This document shows, piece by piece, positions 27,261 through 36,027 of a DNA stretch of 64,000 bases (the first letter of the stretch is position 1; every line of letters begins with the position of its first letter). Both the position numbers and the translations under genes were made by a program. The notes beneath the pieces were generated by a model that was not told where the DNA came from, did not search any database, and was given only the letters and a program-made list of their open reading frames with translations. Origin of the DNA: a phage; the NCBI GenBank assembly GCA_011915565.1, contig GCA_011915565.1_3920.1; one strand, written 5' to 3'.

Positions 27261-27346
27261 AAGTACTTTACAAGGGGCTTATAGTTCGATAAAGTAAGCC
27301 CCAGATAAAGAGCTTTATCACTCAATCCTAAATTGGAGATTCAAAA
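27258..27346 (+). promoter_or_regulatory. class-B leader element, copy 1
   Basis: AAGTACTTTACA, GGGGCTTA-loop-TAAGCCCC hairpin, AGATAAAGAGCTTTATCACTCAATCCTAAATTGGAGATTCAAAA then ATG; embedded TTTACA-17-TAAAGT promoter-like spacing. Confidence 0.6.
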
Positions 27347-27604
27347 ATGGCTATTATCAAAAACGTTGTAGTTCCTGCAAAAACTCGTGATGACGCTCGC
27401 ATCATGGCGAAAAAGTTAGGCGGGAAAGTGGTTGACAACGGAAAACAATCTGCTGTAAGATGGAGCGTGAAGGCTGATAAGCAACTAACCTTAAAACGCA
27501 GTTCAAACAATCTTTTTAAAGGTGTAAAATCACTCGGTAAAGTGAACGTGTTTACCAAAAAAGGCTATAAAATGCACTTATCATTAACTGGCAATTTAAT
27601 CTGA
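27347..27604 (+). CDS. early-array small basic protein 2
   Basis: 85 aa, Lys-rich. Confidence 0.55.
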   Translation: MAIIKNVVVPAKTRDDARIMAKKLGGKVVDNGKQSAVRWSVKADKQLTLKRSSNNLFKGVKSLGKVNVFTKKGYKMHLSLTGNLI

Positions 27605-27605
27605 T

Positions 27606-27694
27606 AAAGTACTTTACAGGGGGCTTAAAAGCTGATATCTTAAGCCCCAGATAAAGAGCTTTACCACTCAATCCTTAAACTAGGAGATTCAAAA
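27606..27694 (+). promoter_or_regulatory. class-B leader element, copy 2
   Basis: Same architecture as copy 1 (TTTACA, GGGGCTTAA hairpin, AGATAAAGAGCTTTACCACTCAATCC, GGAGATTCAAAA-ATG). Confidence 0.6.
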
Positions 27695-28207
27695 ATGAAA
27701 ACTGTAGAAGCTACCTTTGAAGTTGTAAAAGAAAAATTTTCCATCATTTACGAAGCTGTTAATTGCTTTGAAGCAAGCCATAACCTTGATAATTGGGAGT
27801 TTACAGATGACCATCAAGGCGGCGTGACTATTAAAAACCCCAACTGTCAGCGTAATGATTTTAAATATGCAATCCCTTTACATTACAGCCTTAAACAGCT
27901 TTCAAGTGACTATGCAAAACAAGGCCGGGAAAATCCATCAAAAGAGGCTTACATAAGCTTACAGAAAGAACTAGAAAGAGATTTAGAGGCTTCAGAATAC
28001 AACCTTGCCGCGAAAGTTGTCGATGCAAATGGTCAAACAATTTTAGATAGTTTTTATATTGGTTACGCTTTCGATTGGTGCTATAGTGACGGCGATGATT
28101 TAGAGGATAGACTAAAAGAAGAGGTGAGCAATTCAGACGCAGAATCTGAAGTATTAGAACGCTTGGAAGCATTAAAAGATTCAGTGATGAATATCTTTAA
28201 GAACTAA
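27695..28207 (+). CDS. early-array acidic protein 3
   Basis: 170 aa, Asp/Glu-rich C-terminal half. Confidence 0.6.
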   Translation: MKTVEATFEVVKEKFSIIYEAVNCFEASHNLDNWEFTDDHQGGVTIKNPNCQRNDFKYAIPLHYSLKQLSSDYAKQGRENPSKEAYISLQKELERDLEASEYNLAAKVVDANGQTILDSFYIGYAFDWCYSDGDDLEDRLKEEVSNSDAESEVLERLEALKDSVMNIFKN

Positions 28208-28295
28208 ATAGATTTCTTTACACGGGGCTATCAAGCTGATAAGATAGCCCCAGATAAAGAGATTTATCAACTATCCTAAACTGGAGATTCAAAAA
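28208..28295 (+). promoter_or_regulatory. class-B leader element, copy 3 (diverged)
   Basis: TTTACAC-GGGGCTATC hairpin-GATAGCCCC-AGATAAAGAGATTTATCAACTATCC...GGAGATTCAAAAA-ATG. Confidence 0.55.
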
Positions 28296-28592
28296 ATGAA
28301 ATTATCAAATAAAGTCCGTGAAAATCTAAGCAAGTTACTCAACAAAATTGATTTTATCGAGACATCAAGGAATAGTCATGATGTTATGGAATGGTTACAC
28401 GGAAAAATCAAAGGCCGTCGTGTAGTGATTTGCTTATGGAATAGTTGCAGGGAATATAAAAAACCTGTATTACAAGTCAATATCTATGATGATACTTTTA
28501 AAAGCCCTGTAAAGTCTAAAAGTGATTTATTAGAATCCTATGAGATAACTGTAAATGGCAAAGTATCAAGTAAAGAGGAAACACCATGTTAA
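28296..28592 (+). CDS. early-array small protein 4
   Basis: 98 aa. Confidence 0.55.
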   Translation: MKLSNKVRENLSKLLNKIDFIETSRNSHDVMEWLHGKIKGRRVVICLWNSCREYKKPVLQVNIYDDTFKSPVKSKSDLLESYEITVNGKVSSKEETPC

Positions 28593-28918
28593 TGACTGGT
28601 ATCACTGCAATCATTGCCATTTTCGCGCTATATAAGGCATATAAAGCCTATAATCTAGCAAATAAGGCAATCACACAGCAGGTTAGCAATAGCCTTGTAG
28701 AAAGCTTTCTAGGGCGTCTCAGTGATGAGCAAATAAAGCGGTTAGAAATGAGCTTCAGATTCAAAGCGAAAACCTATCAGATAAGTGACATCTTCAAGGA
28801 TGATTTCCAGTTAGTCGATGATTATAATTCTCTGATAAATGCTTTAAATATCAGTGACTTAAAAGACTACTACGCTGTAATTGTTCAAGAGTTGAGCAAA
28901 CGAAAACAAAACTGTTGA
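28586..28918 (+). CDS. early-array small membrane protein 5
   Basis: 110 aa; N-terminal TM helix; AAGAGGAAA RBS; no leader element of its own. Confidence 0.55.
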   Translation: MLMTGITAIIAIFALYKAYKAYNLANKAITQQVSNSLVESFLGRLSDEQIKRLEMSFRFKAKTYQISDIFKDDFQLVDDYNSLINALNISDLKDYYAVIVQELSKRKQNC

Positions 28919-29007
28919 CACTGATTTTTAGATAGATTAAATTACACATCAACGGGGAGGGAACAACCTTCCCACTAAATAAAGTCCTTAAACTAGGAGA
29001 TTCTAAA
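28914..29007 (+). promoter_or_regulatory. class-A element copy 2: promoter TTGACA-17-TAAATT plus hairpin leader
   Basis: TTGACACTGATTTTTAGATAGATTAAATTACACATCAACGGGGAGGGAACAACCTTCCCACTAAATAAAGTCCTTAAACTAGGAGATTCTAAA then ATG; near-identical to 29779-29870. Confidence 0.65.
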
Positions 29008-29280
29008 ATGTATACTACTAACAATGGCCTCACTTTGAACGTCACACTACGTCACTATGTAGATGGTGTCATGCACTTTGAAGATTTACAAGCTGAACAA
29101 CATATCTTAGATTGGCAAGTCGCAGGACTCCAAAAAACTGCTACGGGATACGGTAAAAAGATTCCAACTAGTTGGAAAGTTCACTATGAAGGACGTTTGC
29201 GCAGAATTTATCAAGATGTGCAAAGCAATAGCGCATCGAGTTACATTATAGTAAAAGGTGAAAAACTGCATTTAGTATAA
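29008..29280 (+). CDS. early-array small protein 6
   Basis: 90 aa. Confidence 0.55.
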   Translation: MYTTNNGLTLNVTLRHYVDGVMHFEDLQAEQHILDWQVAGLQKTATGYGKKIPTSWKVHYEGRLRRIYQDVQSNSASSYIIVKGEKLHLV

Positions 29281-29365
29281 AGTACTTTACATGGGGTTTA
29301 AAAGTTGGTATCTTAAGCCCCAGATAAAGAGCTTTACCCCTAAATCCTAAATTGGAGATTCAAAA
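29279..29365 (+). promoter_or_regulatory. class-B leader element, copy 4
   Basis: AGTACTTTACATGGGGTTTAAAAGTTGGTATCTTAAGCCCCAGATAAAGAGCTTTACCCCTAAATCC...GGAGATTCAAAA-ATG. Confidence 0.6.
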
Positions 29366-29770
29366 ATGGCTATTAATAATCGTGAGTTATCAATCTTAAA
29401 AGCACGTTTAACCGTTAATCGAATCAATGTTATCACGTCATCAGCACCAGACGAGACATTACACAACATTATCGGGAAGATTCAAGGTGTTATCTTAGAC
29501 GTTGAGAATGTAAAAAACTCATTAGCAGACGTTGCAGCAGGTGTTACACTAGACGGCGCACAATATGAAATGATTGACATGTTAGGCAAATCAAAGGTTA
29601 TGAATAAAGAGTTAGACTTAAAAATGTTTCGATTTGCCGTGAAAGTATGGCTATCTGTCGAGTATGATGCTAATTTTGCAATTGCTGATTTCTTTGCCAC
29701 TTGGTTGCAACGTAACTTAACAAATCATGATTTTCGTGATATCTGTGATGCAATTTACGCAGAACTTTAA
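29366..29770 (+). CDS. early-array small protein 7
   Basis: 134 aa. Confidence 0.6.
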   Translation: MAINNRELSILKARLTVNRINVITSSAPDETLHNIIGKIQGVILDVENVKNSLADVAAGVTLDGAQYEMIDMLGKSKVMNKELDLKMFRFAVKVWLSVEYDANFAIADFFATWLQRNLTNHDFRDICDAIYAEL

Positions 29771-29778
29771 AAATTTTA

Positions 29779-29870
29779 TTGACACTGATTTTTAGATAGA
29801 CTAAATTACACATCAACGGGGAGGGAACAACCTTCCCACTAAATAAAGTCCTTAAACTAGGAGATTCAAA
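29779..29870 (+). promoter_or_regulatory. class-A element copy 3: promoter TTGACA-17-TAAATT plus hairpin leader
   Basis: About 90-nt near-exact duplicate of 28914-29007. Confidence 0.65.
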
Positions 29871-30413
29871 ATGAAATGCTTTCACGGTACTACTCAAGAA
29901 AACTTTATCAACCTGATTAATAACGGTGATAAACCATCAGGTGTATGGAATTGTTCGGATATGGACGGCAATTTTTACGTGTACCCAGAAAATAAACTCT
30001 ATGGTGATGATGAGGAAGAGATAGCATCGGAAGGTATCCAGCAAGCTCTAGGAAATGCCACTATCACGGCAGCTTTTCAGATGAAAACTCAAAATATTGT
30101 TATCTTAGAACTTGACATTCCAGAGGATGAGCTAAATGATGATTATTCTTGTGATAACATGTCAAATATAGCAAGCTTTACAGAGTACTTTGATGTAAAT
30201 TGGATTAAAAAGGTCTATACAACAGAGTTCAACGCTATGTATTCACCTTTTTGTCTCCCTTCACTGGATAATCCAAATTTGAATTATCTTGATGAAACAT
30301 TGGAGCTACTTGCTAAAAGTATCCAACAATCCGACAGTATTCAGGTTTTTTGTGACATCATGGATACACTGACAGAAAACATTGTAGAGAGTGATTTAAA
30401 GGTCTTTTTCTAA
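29871..30413 (+). CDS. early-array acidic protein 8
   Basis: 180 aa, strongly Asp/Glu-rich. Confidence 0.6.
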   Translation: MKCFHGTTQENFINLINNGDKPSGVWNCSDMDGNFYVYPENKLYGDDEEEIASEGIQQALGNATITAAFQMKTQNIVILELDIPEDELNDDYSCDNMSNIASFTEYFDVNWIKKVYTTEFNAMYSPFCLPSLDNPNLNYLDETLELLAKSIQQSDSIQVFCDIMDTLTENIVESDLKVFF

Positions 30414-30479
30414 AAACCTATACATTCACCTTATAAACACTGATTAACCCCTTACAGGGGCTTTTAGAGGGCTTAAATC

Positions 30480-30713
30480 ATGCTTACAACCATTTATCTC
30501 ATCCTTTCTATCTGTAACGGTCATTCATGTGACTTTAAAGGGCTTGAAGAGTTTACAGGAAGTAAAGAAAATGCTATTCAGGTTTGCCAGATAGCAAGAC
30601 AAGACTATCCCGCCAGTGACGACATTCAATGCTACTTTAAGACAGAAGATGAAGACGGCATCTATTTTGACAGCGTTGACGGTCAATATGAAATTATCAT
30701 TGAAAAAGACTAG
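30480..30713 (+). CDS. early-array small protein 9
   Basis: 77 aa; hydrophobic N-terminus; leader differs from classes A and B. Confidence 0.5.
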   Translation: MLTTIYLILSICNGHSCDFKGLEEFTGSKENAIQVCQIARQDYPASDDIQCYFKTEDEDGIYFDSVDGQYEIIIEKD

Positions 30714-30804
30714 ACAAGCCTGATAAAAGTCTGTAAATTACACATCAACGGGGAGGGAATGACCTTCCCCACTAAATAAAGTCCTTAAACTAGGAGATTC
30801 AAAA
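30711..30804 (+). promoter_or_regulatory. class-A element copy 4 (TAGACA-17-TAAATT plus hairpin leader)
   Basis: ...TAAATTACACATCAACGGGGAGGGAATGACCTTCCCCACTAAATAAAGTCCTTAAACTAGGAGATTCAAAA-ATG. Confidence 0.6.
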
Positions 30805-31146
30805 ATGGCTTATGTAACCGTAATTACCGATAAAGCTGGCTCATCTTGGTCAACTCAGGTTAGTGATAAGATGTCGCCTATGCAGTGCCTAAAATACTTT
30901 GAGCAGTGGAACAAAGGCGAGGATGTAAGCCCCTTTCAAGTGATGCAAATCATCCATACAGATAACGAAGGGAATAAAACGACCTTGAACAGTGAATACT
31001 ACGCAAGCCGTTTTGAAACGAGAAGTAAAACAATGAAGCTTTTACGTGAATCCGGCTATTCTCATATTGCCGCGCTAATCTGGGATGACCTGCTAAAAAG
31101 CCAGCGTATCAGCTATGTAAAACCTGAAAAAATATTCATCAGTTAA
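30805..31146 (+). CDS. early-array small protein 10
   Basis: 113 aa. Confidence 0.6.
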   Translation: MAYVTVITDKAGSSWSTQVSDKMSPMQCLKYFEQWNKGEDVSPFQVMQIIHTDNEGNKTTLNSEYYASRFETRSKTMKLLRESGYSHIAALIWDDLLKSQRISYVKPEKIFIS

Positions 31147-31275
31147 TCAATAACTTACAAAAAACTTTTAAAAAAGTGTTGACAATACCCCTTGACATTG
31201 GTAACTTTGTTCGAGGGGGTTTATCTAAAAGGGATTCACTTAAAAGATTCTTTATAGATAAACTTAAAAAATTGC

Positions 31276-31304
31276 TTGCAATCATCTTCCAAAAACTTTA
31301 TAGT
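31276..31304 (+). promoter_or_regulatory. sigma70-like promoter (TTGCAA-17-TATAGT)
   Basis: In the 200-nt leader of ORF 31347; a second TTGACA/TTGACAT pair lies at about 31178-31200. Confidence 0.45.
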
Positions 31305-31346
31305 TTATCTCAAGCAATAATGCTTTCCTAAACTGGAGATTCAAAA

Positions 31347-31877
31347 ATGAACAAGTTCAAAGCTATCAACTACATTCGCTCAAATAGTGTCATGTCTAAG
31401 CCTGTTAAGGATACCTACGAATTTCGTTGCAATGGTGAACACTTTGCTACCATCACCAAATCAAACAACGGGGCTTATTATATCCATCGTCGTAATGTTT
31501 CTACGGTTGTAGTTTCTAACTTTATGCAAGCTGTAGCGGAACTCCTCCCGCTCTTCTTAGAAAAGTATGCCGTACAGTGTGAAAGTGTTCGTGAATGCAC
31601 TAAAACAGTGTTAAACGGTTATCGTATGGCTTACGAGCGCTCTTTAAAGAATCTCAATAAATACTACAAAGCACCGGAAGGCACTTCATCCACAGCCTAC
31701 GGGGTAGGGGGCTTCAATGTCAGCCTTTACGAAGTGGAAGAAATCGAGCTTTATGACCATCGCCCAAATGGTTACGCTAAGACACTGGGAGAGGGGTTAA
31801 TGCTGAATATCAAGAACTTAGAAAAAACTTTAAGAGAAATTGAAAAAGATATTGACGAGACAATCAAAAATCTGTAA
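31347..31877 (+). CDS. early-array protein 11
   Basis: 176 aa; CTAAACTGGAGATTCAAAA-ATG translation-initiation motif shared with classes A and B. Confidence 0.6.
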   Translation: MNKFKAINYIRSNSVMSKPVKDTYEFRCNGEHFATITKSNNGAYYIHRRNVSTVVVSNFMQAVAELLPLFLEKYAVQCESVRECTKTVLNGYRMAYERSLKNLNKYYKAPEGTSSTAYGVGGFNVSLYEVEEIELYDHRPNGYAKTLGEGLMLNIKNLEKTLREIEKDIDETIKNL

Positions 31878-31939
31878 ATTGTCAATCAACGGGGGGTAAC
31901 CTGCCCCACTAAACAAAATCCTAAACTGGAGTTATCAAG
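31852..31939 (+). promoter_or_regulatory. class-A element copy 5 (diverged; TTGACG-17-TAAATT plus hairpin)
   Basis: GTCAATCAACGGGGGGTAACCTGCCCCACTAAACAAAATCCTAAACTGGAGTTATCAAG-ATG. Confidence 0.5.
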
Positions 31940-32203
31940 ATGGAAAACGTAGAATTAACCACACTATTGCAGATTGCAACTGACAAAGAAGACGTAGCGT
32001 TGTTTCACCGTATCGAAAGTGATTTGTTCAATGGTGAAATCATTAAAGAATCTTACGAAGTTGTCGGATTCAAAGATGGTAAAGCATTTGGCTTTTTTGA
32101 CCTCGACAAAAGCAAAGCGGTTACAATGTACGATGTTCTATCTTGTGAAATTCTGACAAAATACAACGAAAAAAGGCTTGCAACCTACGCCAATATGCAG
32201 TAA
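31940..32203 (+). CDS. early-array small protein 12
   Basis: 87 aa. Confidence 0.5.
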   Translation: MENVELTTLLQIATDKEDVALFHRIESDLFNGEIIKESYEVVGFKDGKAFGFFDLDKSKAVTMYDVLSCEILTKYNEKRLATYANMQ

Positions 32204-32270
32204 ATTACTAATCAACGGGGAGGGAATGACCTTCCCACTAAACAAAGTCCTAAACTGGAGAATCTAAATT
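32178..32270 (+). promoter_or_regulatory. class-A element copy 6 (TTGCAA-17-TAAATT plus hairpin leader)
   Basis: TAAATTACTAATCAACGGGGAGGGAATGACCTTCCCACTAAACAAAGTCCTAAACTGGAGAATCTAAATT-ATG. Confidence 0.55.
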
Positions 32271-32519
32271 ATGTCAACTATCCGCGTAACTGTTAATGCT
32301 TATGGCTGCCACCAACTTGATGCAAAATTCGATATCGGTGGAACAGATAACACCTTTGACCTTATCAAAATGCTGATTCAGCAGGTGATACCAGATTATA
32401 ACCCTACTGATGACTTCTGGAAAGATGCCGTAAAAGAAGCCATAAACGAGGAATCTCACTACCATTATTGGGGTGACTTGATTATCTCTCTGTACTACAG
32501 CAAACAAGGTTACAACTAA
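32271..32519 (+). CDS. early-array small protein 13
   Basis: 82 aa. Confidence 0.5.
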   Translation: MSTIRVTVNAYGCHQLDAKFDIGGTDNTFDLIKMLIQQVIPDYNPTDDFWKDAVKEAINEESHYHYWGDLIISLYYSKQGYN

Positions 32520-32521
32520 TC

Positions 32522-32580
32522 GACGCAGCGGGGCTATTTAGCCCCAGATACCTGAAAAGCTCCTTCTCATAGGGGCTTTT
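32522..32580 (+). terminator. candidate terminator / truncated class-B hairpin
   Basis: GGGGCTATTTAGCCCCAGATA (class-B-like hairpin start) then AGGGGCTTTTTT. Confidence 0.4.
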
Positions 32581-34235
32581 TTACGTCTATAAAGAGACTC
32601 TATACAGTCCCTTTCCTTTCCTTCCTAGAATCTATCCCACTAATTCGATAGAGACTATCTCATACCTTAAAAAGCAATAACTCTATAGTCTACTCTATAA
32701 CCTCTTATCAAATCAACTTAAATATAAGCCCATAACCCGAAAGGGAAGGGCAACCACTAAAACGCTCTATAAAGCTCTATAACAGCCTTATCAACCTAAC
32801 TTAAGCAATCATATTAACCCACTCTAAAAAGCCCTTTATAGAGCTTCCCAGAGCCTTAAAAGAATCTTATAAGGGTGTAAGCTTTATCATCTCGTTAGTA
32901 TTCTTGTGAATAACTAAAAAGGGATTGGTAGTTCCTTTAAAGTATGTTATAGGGGCTATAAAGTTACTCAAAAGTTACGTAAAAGAGGCTATAAAGTTAC
33001 GTGATAGATAGCTTAAAAGTTACGTAAATGCTAGCCCCCTTAACATTTTCTTAACAATTTCTTAACAATCCCTACATAGTTATGCTTTTAAGGCACTTGT
33101 TAGAGACTTGTTAGCCCTTGTTAAATCTCTGTTAAGACCACGTAAAAGCCTTGTAAGAGTCTTTGACATAGCCTTAAAAGCCTCTGTAAAGCCCTATAAA
33201 GAGCTATCCATACAGTTGAGGGGTAGATACTAGGAAGAGATTTAAAAGAGCTTATAAAGAGTTATAGAGAGCTTTTAAGAGGTATGTTTAAGAGTTCACT
33301 AAGAAAGGAAAGGGAATGATAAGAAAAGAGATAGTGACCATGCTAATAGCTTGTTAAAAAGATTAAACACTTGTTAGAAACTTGTTAATTATCTTAACAA
33401 AATAACTCTTTAAAATTAACTTGTTAACTCTTGTTAGTCATCTGTTAAGCCTCTGTAAAGTCTATGTATCAACTGTTAAGAAACTGTTACATCCCTGTTA
33501 GTTCTGTTAAGAATCTGTTAAGACCTCTGAAGAGATGTTAAGAGAATGTAGTAGCTGTTAAGAGATTGTTAAGGATATTTTAAAATTTTGCAAAGTACTT
33601 GTAAGGGAGCTGTTAAGGGCTACCAAGCAGATATACATCCTAATCAGATATTTTTGAGTTCCTTCAAAGACCCTAAAAAATGACTTGATAGTCCTATTTT
33701 ATAAAAATTTTAAAAATCTGAATAATTACCTAGACAGTCTTTTAAAAATACAGGTAGAAACAGGCTTATAAGATACCTTGTTAGTACCGTGTTAGACCTT
33801 GTGAGATAAGGTCTGTAAAGATATTCCTGTTAAGTTTGTTAAAACAGTCTATATAGAGGCTTAGTAGTGCCTAGTGAACACCTATAGAGGGTAACATAGC
33901 TGACATAGAGATTAAGGGGTGTATAGAGGCTTCTAAGAGCGTATAGAGAGATGGTTAAGGTGATTGTATAGGTTGTTAAGAAGGCTTGTTAGAAGAGTGT
34001 TTAGAGGGCTTATTAAAGGGCTAGTTAGAAGGGTTATACAGAGGGCTATTAAGACCACTAGATAGTTACTAAGATACTATATAGTACTATATAACTATAT
34101 AGAGAGTAAGATTAAGGAGGTTGTTAAGAAGGATAGATATTTTGTTCACATATGATGGTGACCCAGAGGTTGGGACAACCGATAAAATTTTATAAAAATT
34201 AAAAAGCCCCCGATTAAGGAGGCTCTTAAGATATT
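32581..34235. repeat. 1.65 kb ORF-free repeat-dense region between convergent gene blocks
   Basis: No 60-aa ORF in any frame; dozens of short motifs (CTGTTAAG, CTTGTTAG, YTATAAAG, TATAGAG); in 33420-33620 the TGTTA cores recur at about 10-bp multiples. Confidence 0.7.
34196..34226 (-). terminator. candidate intrinsic terminator (minus strand)
   Basis: Reverse complement gives AGCCTCC-TTAATC-GGGGGCT followed by TTTTT, just downstream of the 34236 gene end. Confidence 0.45.
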
Positions 34236-34829
34236 TTAAATCAGTGTTTCCAGAACTGTTTTAAGGGATGACTTAGTTGTCTGATAAAAATGAATGAATC
34301 CGTTGTTGTTATCGAATATCTGCATCATGATATCATCTCCCTTGATTGGGTATACTCGGATATCATAGTGAAAACCATTAAAGACACAAGACCCATTACA
34401 GAATGCGCTAAAGTCATCCACTGAGATATACTCTTCATGTCCTGTGATTTTTATACAAACACCTTTACTCGGTCTCTTAGGGTTGATATCTTCCATCACA
34501 GACATACTCTGTCCACCAAGAGATACCATAGTGACCACTTTACGGTTCTTCTGTCTAAAGTACATCTTAACTTTCTGCAAAGTGTCTTCATAGAACGGAT
34601 AAGACCTAGCTACAAAGATTCCTTCAAGTGGCTCTTTACCATTTTCAACTTCTCTGGTATGTCGTACTGCAAAGATAATTTGTTGGAACCAGTCAAGATT
34701 TTCTTCGGAGAGTGCTTCTCGAACATCACTCCAGTCAAGGACTAAGTAGTTACCTTCAACTTCTTTTAAGTTATCTTTTTCCATATCTATCACACCATTA
34801 TCGTAAAACTTGGTAAGCTGGTACTGCAA
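34236..34829 (-). CDS. hypothetical protein
   Basis: 197 aa; start may be the internal Met at about 34784 given overlap with the upstream gene. Confidence 0.6.
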   Translation of the reverse strand: MQYQLTKFYDNGVIDMEKDNLKEVEGNYLVLDWSDVREALSEENLDWFQQIIFAVRHTREVENGKEPLEGIFVARSYPFYEDTLQKVKMYFRQKNRKVVTMVSLGGQSMSVMEDINPKRPSKGVCIKITGHEEYISVDDFSAFCNGSCVFNGFHYDIRVYPIKGDDIMMQIFDNNNGFIHFYQTTKSSLKTVLETLI

Positions 34830-35262
34830 ACTTGTTGCTATTGTTCCTAATAATGTCTTCTTCTGTTACTAAGAATGTAATCCCACATAAGTGCGTATAG
34901 TGGCTGTCATACTCGAATATTTTAAGTAAGTATTTACCATCATGATAAACAAATTCTACTACACCTTTTGCAACAATCTTTCCAGTCTTGAAGTCTTTAA
35001 GAGGGTATGTATTACCAACTTTAGGGGCTGTTTTCACTTCAGGTTCTTTTAGCTTCTCACTAGCTTCTACATCACCTAGTAAGTTAGAACTTTCAAAAGC
35101 TCTGAATCTCATATAAGCTTCTGAACATTCCCAGATAAAACAATGTACAAGAACCTTAGCAGCATGTCTTGAGCAATTCAACTCATCACAGATTTCTTTG
35201 TACATTTCATCTTTAGTTGAATTGGTAAGCATTGCTTTTCGAACTGTTTCTTTAATTTTCAT
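34798..35262 (-). CDS. hypothetical protein
   Basis: 154 aa ORF. Confidence 0.55.
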   Translation of the reverse strand: MKIKETVRKAMLTNSTKDEMYKEICDELNCSRHAAKVLVHCFIWECSEAYMRFRAFESSNLLGDVEASEKLKEPEVKTAPKVGNTYPLKDFKTGKIVAKGVVEFVYHDGKYLLKIFEYDSHYTHLCGITFLVTEEDIIRNNSNKFAVPAYQVLR

Positions 35263-35674
35263 AAGCTCTCCGAATAACCCTATTAAGCATCTCTAAAGTC
35301 AGCTTTCCAGATTCTAAATGCGGCATAACAAGCTTTAAAGCTTTTTCAACATCATGCACAATATCTATTATACCTTCTGCATAGGCTTCTACAAGGATAT
35401 CTTTTACACCGATATAGCCTTCATTGATAATGATTTGCATATCAAAATCTTCTGATTGCTTGTTTAACTTACCTCTCCAATACCCATCAGCATTAAAAGA
35501 TATCACTTCACACTCTTTAAAATCCATATCATCTGCATGGAATGGAGTAATTATTGTGCATTGGATTGGGTACTCTACACCAGTGGTGTCAACATCAAAG
35601 ACCTTCACAGAAGTAAGTGGTTTCTTTGTTTTAGAGCAGTAAACTGCCAATCTTTTACCAATAAGCTCTTTCAT
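35252..35674 (-). CDS. hypothetical protein
   Basis: 140 aa ORF. Confidence 0.55.
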   Translation of the reverse strand: MKELIGKRLAVYCSKTKKPLTSVKVFDVDTTGVEYPIQCTIITPFHADDMDFKECEVISFNADGYWRGKLNKQSEDFDMQIIINEGYIGVKDILVEAYAEGIIDIVHDVEKALKLVMPHLESGKLTLEMLNRVIRRAYEN

Positions 35675-35726
35675 TTCGCTACCTTCTAAGTTTCTACAAA
35701 GGGGCTATCAAGTAACCCCTAAGTTA

Positions 35727-35951
35727 TTACTCAGACTTTTCAGTCTTCTTATCGGATTTCTTGCTAGTCTTCTTCTCAGCTTTCTGTTCAGGTTCCTTCT
35801 CAGAAGTTGCCTTGATAACCATATCAAGAAGCTCTGATAAGTCACTCTTCAGCAAAGTAACAGGCTGCTCATTGTAGAAGTTTTTGTCAAGATAAACTTT
35901 GAACTCTTCTATAGAAGGAAATCCAAAAATTGGTACAGGTGTCTTAATCAT
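35727..35951 (-). CDS. hypothetical protein with Lys/Glu-rich tail
   Basis: 74 aa. Confidence 0.4.
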   Translation of the reverse strand: MIKTPVPIFGFPSIEEFKVYLDKNFYNEQPVTLLKSDLSELLDMVIKATSEKEPEQKAEKKTSKKSDKKTEKSE

Positions 35952-36027
35952 TACTTAGTTTCTCCATAGGCATCTTTCAAGATTGCCTTGTTAATCATTT
36001 CAGCGATTGCAAAACGAACACATACAG

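Noticed and set aside
32581-34235. Possible CRISPR array or rRNA/large ncRNA gene in the ORF-free region
   Set aside because: Motifs are 7-9 bp and degenerate without fixed-length unique spacers; no rRNA-like conserved blocks recognised. Kept as a repeat-region finding instead.
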